Source: an uncultured Flavobacteriaceae bacterium (GTDB lineage: Bacteria > Bacteroidota > Bacteroidia > Flavobacteriales > Flavobacteriaceae). From it: a DNA stretch of 64,000 bases. The notes beneath the pieces are model-generated. The model searched no databases and was not told where the DNA came from. It saw only the letters and a list, made by a program, of their open reading frames with translations. Positions 58,554-64,000 of this stretch are shown piece after piece; position 1 is the first letter of the stretch; every line of letters starts with the position of its first letter. The stretch spans positions 25,572 to 89,571 of the forward strand of contig CAYLUQ010000005.1 in the NCBI GenBank assembly GCA_964386915.1, written 5' to 3'. The position numbers and the translations under genes were made by a program.

Positions 58554-59756
58554 ATGAAACCAACTTTTTTCCCTCTGCTAGCGCTATCCTTGGTGTTTAC
58601 TGCCTGTCAGCAAAACACTCAATTAATTCCTGCTGAAACAGAAATTGTAGTAGAAGAGCAAGTTCTAGCTAGTGCAACGCTTCCTAAAGACAAACTAGGG
58701 CAACAATTTAAACTGGTGCATCAAAGTGCGCCCTCAGTGGCGGTGCCCTATCAAATAGTAGGCGATCAAATTTTTTGGACCGTAACGCCTGAAACTCAGA
58801 ATGGTAACTTTGAGCTACAAACTGTTACTGAAAAAACAGAGCCAACTTCTAGTGTAGTGGCCAAAGAAGAAGACGGGCAATGGGCCATATATATTGACGA
58901 TACTAAAGTGGTGGGCTATCAAATGGCCATAACGGAGGCCCCTGAGGGTGTAAATCCTGCCTACAGACGCAGTGGGTATATTCACCCACTCAACACTCCA
59001 TCTGGCAAAAGATTAACCCGTATTCAGCCTAAAGATCATTATCATCATTACGGCTTATGGAATCCTTGGACACATACCCTATATGAAGGAGATACTCTTG
59101 ACTTTTGGAACCTCTATAAAGAACAGGGCACTGTTCGCTTTGCCAAAATGCTATCACAGCAAACGGGACCACTATTTAGCGAATATGAAGTATTGCATGA
59201 GCACGTGGTCTTAAAAGACAATAAAAATGAAGTGGCGCTTAATGAAATACAAAAAGTACGTGTAACGCCCTTAACCGAAAACAGCTATCAACTCGATTTT
59301 GAAATTCGCTATAGCTGCAATACGGAGAGTCCGTTTAAGATTATTGAATATCGCTATGGAGGTTTTGGATGGCGAACAACTGAAGAGTGGGACAACCAAA
59401 ACAGTAGAACAATTAGCTCTGAAGGAAATACACGTAAAAATGCAGATGGTAGCACGGCACGTTGGTGCATTGTAGATGGGAAATTAGGAGATGGAAAAGG
59501 GGGAGCCCTAATGCTATCGCATCCCGATAATTTCAATCACCCAGAACCTTTGCGTATTTGGCCAGAAAATCAATATGGCAGAGGAGATCTATTTGTGAAT
59601 TTTGCCACGACCAAAAATACAGATTGGGTTTTTGAACCCGGAAAGAACTATGTCCTCAAATATCGCCTATTAGTCTATGATGGTGAAATGGATTTTAACA
59701 GCGCCAATAAAGCTTGGGATGCCTTTGCATCTCCCCTAACCTATAGAATTAAATAA
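58554..59756 (+). CDS. DUF6807 / PmoA-family lipoprotein
   Basis: Lipobox LVFTACQ. Signature PKDHYHHYGLWNPW and, later, WRTTEEWD. Confidence 0.82.
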   Translation: MKPTFFPLLALSLVFTACQQNTQLIPAETEIVVEEQVLASATLPKDKLGQQFKLVHQSAPSVAVPYQIVGDQIFWTVTPETQNGNFELQTVTEKTEPTSSVVAKEEDGQWAIYIDDTKVVGYQMAITEAPEGVNPAYRRSGYIHPLNTPSGKRLTRIQPKDHYHHYGLWNPWTHTLYEGDTLDFWNLYKEQGTVRFAKMLSQQTGPLFSEYEVLHEHVVLKDNKNEVALNEIQKVRVTPLTENSYQLDFEIRYSCNTESPFKIIEYRYGGFGWRTTEEWDNQNSRTISSEGNTRKNADGSTARWCIVDGKLGDGKGGALMLSHPDNFNHPEPLRIWPENQYGRGDLFVNFATTKNTDWVFEPGKNYVLKYRLLVYDGEMDFNSANKAWDAFASPLTYRIK

Positions 59757-59765
59757 TCAGAAAGC

Positions 59766-61148
59766 ATGAAAAAATCAAATCTAAACCGAAGAAATTTTAT
59801 CAAAAAAACAACCGCTACGACCTTTGCTGCGGTAGCACTACCCTCTATTGTGCCAGCCTCTGTTTTAGGCAAAAATGCACCGAGCAACAAAATACAAATC
59901 GGTCAAATTGGATGCGGGCGAATTGCACGCGTACACGATATGCCTGGCACCATGCAACACGAAGTGGCACAAATGGTGGCGGTATGTGACCTAGACCGTA
60001 ATAGAATGAAAGACGGCAAACAATTGGTAGATGATTTTTATGGTGAAAAAGGGAAAAAGGTAGACACCCAAATGTATGATCACTATCAAGAAATGCTAGC
60101 CAGCAAAGAAATTGATGCTGTCATTATCAGTACACCAGACCATTGGCATGCTCAACCGGCTCTAGAAGCAGCGTTGGCCAAAAAACACGTCTACTTGCAA
60201 AAACCAACCTCCCTCACTGTGGAAGAAGGACGTTTGTTGAGTAATATAGTGCAGCAACAAAATGTGATTCTCCAAGTGGGTACACAACAACGTTCCTCCA
60301 AGCAATTTAAGGATGCAGCTGAGTTGGTGCGCAACGGGAGAATAGGCAAAATACATACGGTTAAGGTTGGCTTGCCTGGAGATCCAGGAGGACCAACTGC
60401 TGTTACAGAAGCTGTGCCTGAAAATTTAAACTTTGATGCCTGGTTAGGCTCCACCCCCGATATGGACTATTCGGAAATGCTCGTACATCCCAAAACAGGC
60501 TATAGCCGTCCGGGTTGGTTGCGCGTAGAGCAATTTGGTGCAGGTATGATTACCGGCTGGGGTCAACACCATTTTGACTCTGCTGCTTGGGGTATGAACA
60601 CCGAATATACTGGACCTATTAGCGTTGAAGCAGTAGCTGAATTTCCCAAATCAGGAAGTTGGAATGTACACGGCGATTTTATGGTAAAAGCCGAATATAA
60701 AAACGGCATTACCATGCTCACTAGTGGAGGCTTCCTCAACGGCATTCGATATGAAGGTGAAGACGGCTGGATTTTTGTTACTCGAGGAGCTTATCGTGCC
60801 ACCCCTTCTGATCCAATACCAGAACGAAATGGCGTTAAATCTTTAGATGCTAGTGATCCAAAAATTTTAGAAAGTGTGATTGGCGAAAATGAAATTCACC
60901 TCTATGAAAGTAAAGAACAACACGGCAATTGGCTAGATTGTATTCAAAGCGGCAAGCAACCCATTTCTCCTGTTGAAATTGGTCACCGAGCCTGTACGGT
61001 TTGTTTGATTAGTCATATAGCCATGAAATTACCTAGAAAATTAAATTGGGATCCTGTTGCTGAGCGTTTCTTAAACGACGTTGAAGCCAACGCCATGCTG
61101 CGCAGACCCCAACGTGCTCCCTATGGTACCGATCATATTAAATATTAA
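59766..61148 (+). CDS. Gfo/Idh/MocA family oxidoreductase, Tat-exported
   Basis: Leader LNRRNFIKKTTATTFA, IGQIGCGRIARVH, VYLQKP. Confidence 0.88.
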   Translation: MKKSNLNRRNFIKKTTATTFAAVALPSIVPASVLGKNAPSNKIQIGQIGCGRIARVHDMPGTMQHEVAQMVAVCDLDRNRMKDGKQLVDDFYGEKGKKVDTQMYDHYQEMLASKEIDAVIISTPDHWHAQPALEAALAKKHVYLQKPTSLTVEEGRLLSNIVQQQNVILQVGTQQRSSKQFKDAAELVRNGRIGKIHTVKVGLPGDPGGPTAVTEAVPENLNFDAWLGSTPDMDYSEMLVHPKTGYSRPGWLRVEQFGAGMITGWGQHHFDSAAWGMNTEYTGPISVEAVAEFPKSGSWNVHGDFMVKAEYKNGITMLTSGGFLNGIRYEGEDGWIFVTRGAYRATPSDPIPERNGVKSLDASDPKILESVIGENEIHLYESKEQHGNWLDCIQSGKQPISPVEIGHRACTVCLISHIAMKLPRKLNWDPVAERFLNDVEANAMLRRPQRAPYGTDHIKY

Positions 61149-61159
61149 ATTTTAAAAAA

Positions 61160-62506
61160 ATGAGACGCTTCTTATGGCTCAGTTGTTGTTTGGGTTTTGT
61201 TTTTTGTGAAACTACTCAACAGCCATCATCAAAAATGCAGTGGATTACATTAGACCCAGGGCATTTTCACGCAGCTTTGGTGCAAAAGGAAATGTATGCA
61301 GAGATAGATCAAAAAGTACATGTTTATGGACCAGATGGCAGTGATATGGATATGCATTTGCAACGTATTGAAGCCTATAATAATAGAGCAGAAAATCCCA
61401 CTAACTGGGAATCTGTGGTCTATAAAGGAGCTGATTTTCTCACGCAAATGCTTGCAGAACGCAAAGGAAACGTGGTGATGCTTTCGGGTAATAACAAAAA
61501 GAAAGCCGATTATATTCTTTCAGCTATCGAAAATGATTTTCATGTTTATGCTGACAAACCTATGGCCATAAATGCTAACGATTATGAAGCCCTTCAAAAG
61601 GCTTTTGCTTTGGCCTCCGAAAAGGGACTTTTGCTTTATGATATCATGACAGAGCGCTCGGAAATTACCACGGTTTTGCAAAAAGAACTTTCGCAACATA
61701 AAGACCTTTTTGGCACGCTCATCATTGGAACACCCGAAGAACCGGCAATTGTAAAAGAATCTGTGCATCACTATTTTAAATATGTATCGGGAAGCCCCTT
61801 GATACGTCCGGCTTGGTTTTTTGACACCCAACAACAAGGAGAAGGCGTTGCCGATGTGAGTGTGCATTTGGTTGACCTCACCTTTTGGGAGTGTTTTCCA
61901 CAACAAGCCATCACCAAAGATGATGTGGCACTTGTAGCCGCTAAACGTTGGCCTACTCTTTTGAGTCGATCCGATTTTAAAGCCGTTACCAACGAAGAAG
62001 ATTTTCCCAACTATCTAGCACCAAATGTGCAAAATGATACCCTTTCTGTCTATGCTAATGGAAGTATTTCCTACACGCTCAAAGGGCACCACGCCAAGGT
62101 GGCGGTACTTTGGAATTATGTGGCTCCAGCAGGAACGGGAGATACGCACTATTCTATTATGAGAGGTTCAAAGGCCCATTTGGAAATTCTCCAGGGAGAA
62201 GCGCAAAACTATATCCCTACCCTGTATATAAAACCGCAAGAAGCTCTAGAGGAATCTGTTTTAAAGCAAGTCTTTGAATCGTTAGCTCAAAACTATCCCG
62301 GTATTGGATTTGAAAAAGAAGACAACAACTGGAAAGTGCTTATACCTGAAGCTCTCCGAGAAGGACATGAAGCCCATTTTGCTGATGTAACCAGAAGGTT
62401 TATAGCTTTTTATCAAGACAAAAAAATACCTGATTGGGAAATCACCAATATGCTCACCAAATATCATTTAACCACAAACGCACTAACCCAAGCACAAGAA
62501 AAATAG
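61160..62506 (+). CDS. putative oxidoreductase with Gfo-like N-domain and 'oxidoreductase C-terminal' domain, lipoprotein
   Basis: Lipobox GFVFCE. WITLDPGHFHAALVQ and VYADKPMA resemble the family Pfam calls Oxidoreduct_C (assignment from memory). Confidence 0.65.
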   Translation: MRRFLWLSCCLGFVFCETTQQPSSKMQWITLDPGHFHAALVQKEMYAEIDQKVHVYGPDGSDMDMHLQRIEAYNNRAENPTNWESVVYKGADFLTQMLAERKGNVVMLSGNNKKKADYILSAIENDFHVYADKPMAINANDYEALQKAFALASEKGLLLYDIMTERSEITTVLQKELSQHKDLFGTLIIGTPEEPAIVKESVHHYFKYVSGSPLIRPAWFFDTQQQGEGVADVSVHLVDLTFWECFPQQAITKDDVALVAAKRWPTLLSRSDFKAVTNEEDFPNYLAPNVQNDTLSVYANGSISYTLKGHHAKVAVLWNYVAPAGTGDTHYSIMRGSKAHLEILQGEAQNYIPTLYIKPQEALEESVLKQVFESLAQNYPGIGFEKEDNNWKVLIPEALREGHEAHFADVTRRFIAFYQDKKIPDWEITNMLTKYHLTTNALTQAQEK

Positions 62507-62511
62507 CGTAA

Positions 62512-62892
62512 ATGTATTCTAAACTGATCAGTATTCTCAGCTTAAAATGCCCCCAATGTAGAAAGGGAAACATGTTGAAAGGGCATCCCTATGCCTTAAA
62601 GAAATTCAACCAAGTGCATCAGCATTGCCCACATTGCCACTTAAACTTAAAAATTGAGCCTAGCTTTTATTATGGTTCTATGTATGTGTCTTATGGTCTT
62701 GGCGTGGGACTTAGCGTGGCCACTTTTTTGCTTTTAAGAATTTTATTGGGCTCGCTTTCTCTCGCTCAAAACTTTGGTGCTATCTGTTTTGCATTAGTGA
62801 TAGCCATGCCCTATCTCAATGCGGTTTCTAAAGTGATTTGGGCCTCGTTCTTTTTCCCATATAAAAAAGAATACGCCTCCAAAAAAGAATAG
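62512..62892 (+). CDS. DUF983 domain membrane protein
   Basis: Zinc-ribbon pairs CPQC..CPHC followed by two TM helices; 126 aa. Confidence 0.72.
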   Translation: MYSKLISILSLKCPQCRKGNMLKGHPYALKKFNQVHQHCPHCHLNLKIEPSFYYGSMYVSYGLGVGLSVATFLLLRILLGSLSLAQNFGAICFALVIAMPYLNAVSKVIWASFFFPYKKEYASKKE

Positions 62893-63190
62893 GGATGCTG
62901 CTTTTTGTTGGGTTCGCTTTTAAAAAGTAGTTTTTTTTATCTTTAAGCATCATTAATCCTTAATCGAACACTTTATCCATGCAAAACCTACCCTTAAAAA
63001 CTTGATTTTATTGGCAAAATGCTAGCCCGAAAGTTTTTGGAAGGGAGTGCTGTTAACTGTGTTTGAAGTATGGTGTATGAACCCATTTAGTGAGCTCCTT
63101 AGGCCCTAAACAGTTTGACTAAAAACAATAAAAGAGTGTTATAAATATGCCCCTTTTACCATCAAAAAAAATACTGAAAAACACCCACTT

Positions 63191-64000
63191 ATGTCTACCC
63201 AAAAAAAGGTTCGAATATTATCGATAGATGGTGGAGGTATTAGAGGAATTATTCCGGCCACCATACTCCAATATGTAGAAGCGTATCTTCAAAAGAAGGT
63301 GCCAGACACTACTATTTCAGATCACTTTGATATGGTGGCAGGAACCAGTACCGGAGGCATACTCACCGGTATTTATTTAACCCCTCAAAAAGAAAACTAC
63401 AAAAAAGCCAAATACACGGCCTCAGAGGCATTAGATTTTTATATAAAAGAAGGATATACCGTTTTTAATGCTGCTAAAAATAGACTCTGGAAACGATTTT
63501 GGGGATTGGGAAACGCGACCGAGTATTGTCCTCAAAATTTTGAAAAAGCACTCCAAGAGAAATTTGGAAATTTACGCATGAGTGAACTGCTGGAACCTTG
63601 CCTCATCACGGCCTATGACATGAAAACAAAAGCACCTTACTTTTTTACCAGCACAGAAGACACCACCAAAAGAGAATTCTTAGTGCGAGACGTTATCAGG
63701 TCTACTTGTGCTGCACCCACATATTTTCCTCCGGCCAAGATTAAAAATAGAGCTGCTCACTTTCAAAAAGGGTCTAAGGCTGCTTATATGCTCAATATAG
63801 ACGGCGGGGTATTTGCCAACAACCCCGTGATGTGTGCCTATGCTGAAGCCCGAAACACAAACTTTAAAGAAAGACACAACAACGAGCCCGCAGCAAACGA
63901 AATGCAAATTTTGTCTATCGGTACAGGAGGCGGTGGCTTTACTATTAACAGAATAGAAAAAAGTAGTTCGTGGAGTTTATTGAAATGGGCTAAATTAATT
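63191..64000 (+). CDS. patatin-like phospholipase (3' end beyond window)
   Basis: Not in the ORF track because no stop is reached; hand translation is open from ATG 63191 to 64000. Motifs ILSIDGGGIRGI (oxyanion hole), AGTSTGG (GxSxG) and IDGGVFANNP (catalytic Asp). Confidence 0.88.
   Translation, partial: MSTQKKVRILSIDGGGIRGIIPATILQYVEAYLQKKVPDTTISDHFDMVAGTSTGGILTGIYLTPQKENYKKAKYTASEALDFYIKEGYTVFNAAKNRLWKRFWGLGNATEYCPQNFEKALQEKFGNLRMSELLEPCLITAYDMKTKAPYFFTSTEDTTKREFLVRDVIRSTCAAPTYFPPAKIKNRAAHFQKGSKAAYMLNIDGGVFANNPVMCAYAEARNTNFKERHNNEPAANEMQILSIGTGGGGFTINRIEKSSSWSLLKWAKLI

Noticed and set aside
61520-61906. 128-aa ORF antisense to the 61160-62506 oxidoreductase-like gene.
   Set aside because: It is embedded in a tightly packed same-strand operon, and the translation has no recognisable features.
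62893-63190. Possible riboswitch or small RNA in the long leader before the patatin gene.
   Set aside because: I cannot match it to any RNA family by eye, and only weak imperfect inverted repeats are present. It is mentioned under the patatin finding rather than called as a feature.

Overview
The window looks like a chromosomal segment of a Flavobacteriia-type Bacteroidota genome. The evidence is a SusC/SusD pair, a fused SecDF, a tmRNA tag GENNYALAA, TAnnTTTG -7 boxes and many lipoprotein or Tat leaders. All family calls come from reading motifs in the supplied translations; no database search was run. Bases 1-19.5 kb are housekeeping: DUF192, DinB/YfiT, secDF, mdh, gyrB, asnB, an amidohydrolase, a coupled TPR/beta-barrel pair, ftsE, typA, kdsA and ssrA (tmRNA). 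From 19.6 kb to 62.9 kb the window is a dense carbohydrate and redox region. It holds six clear Gfo/Idh/MocA oxidoreductases plus one Gfo-like lipoprotein, and five of the six carry twin-arginine leaders. It also holds three DUF1080 (3-keto-disaccharide-hydrolase family) genes, two DUF6807/PmoA-family lipoproteins, an exported xylose-isomerase-like TIM barrel, ThuA, NIPSNAP, VOC, GH95, a eukaryote-like myo-inositol oxygenase and gntK-gnd. Both Ashwell hexuronate branches are complete (uxaC, uxuB, uxuA, uxaB, uxaA, kdgK, eda), alongside a TRAP transporter, a SusC/SusD pair and a LacI regulator. The main lead is an 18-bp palindrome, perfect at 38033 and 17/18 identical at 48410, that sits in the two divergent promoter regions. 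It would tie the SusCD/TRAP/hexuronate genes and two repeated exported Gfo(Tat)-DUF6807(-DUF1080) modules into one putative LacI regulon that contains no classical CAZyme. I read this as a candidate non-hydrolytic, oxidative periplasmic glycoside/uronide-processing system in which the DUF6807 component has no known function. I saw no CRISPR array, transposase, integrase, rRNA or tRNA. A patatin-like phospholipase gene runs off the right edge.
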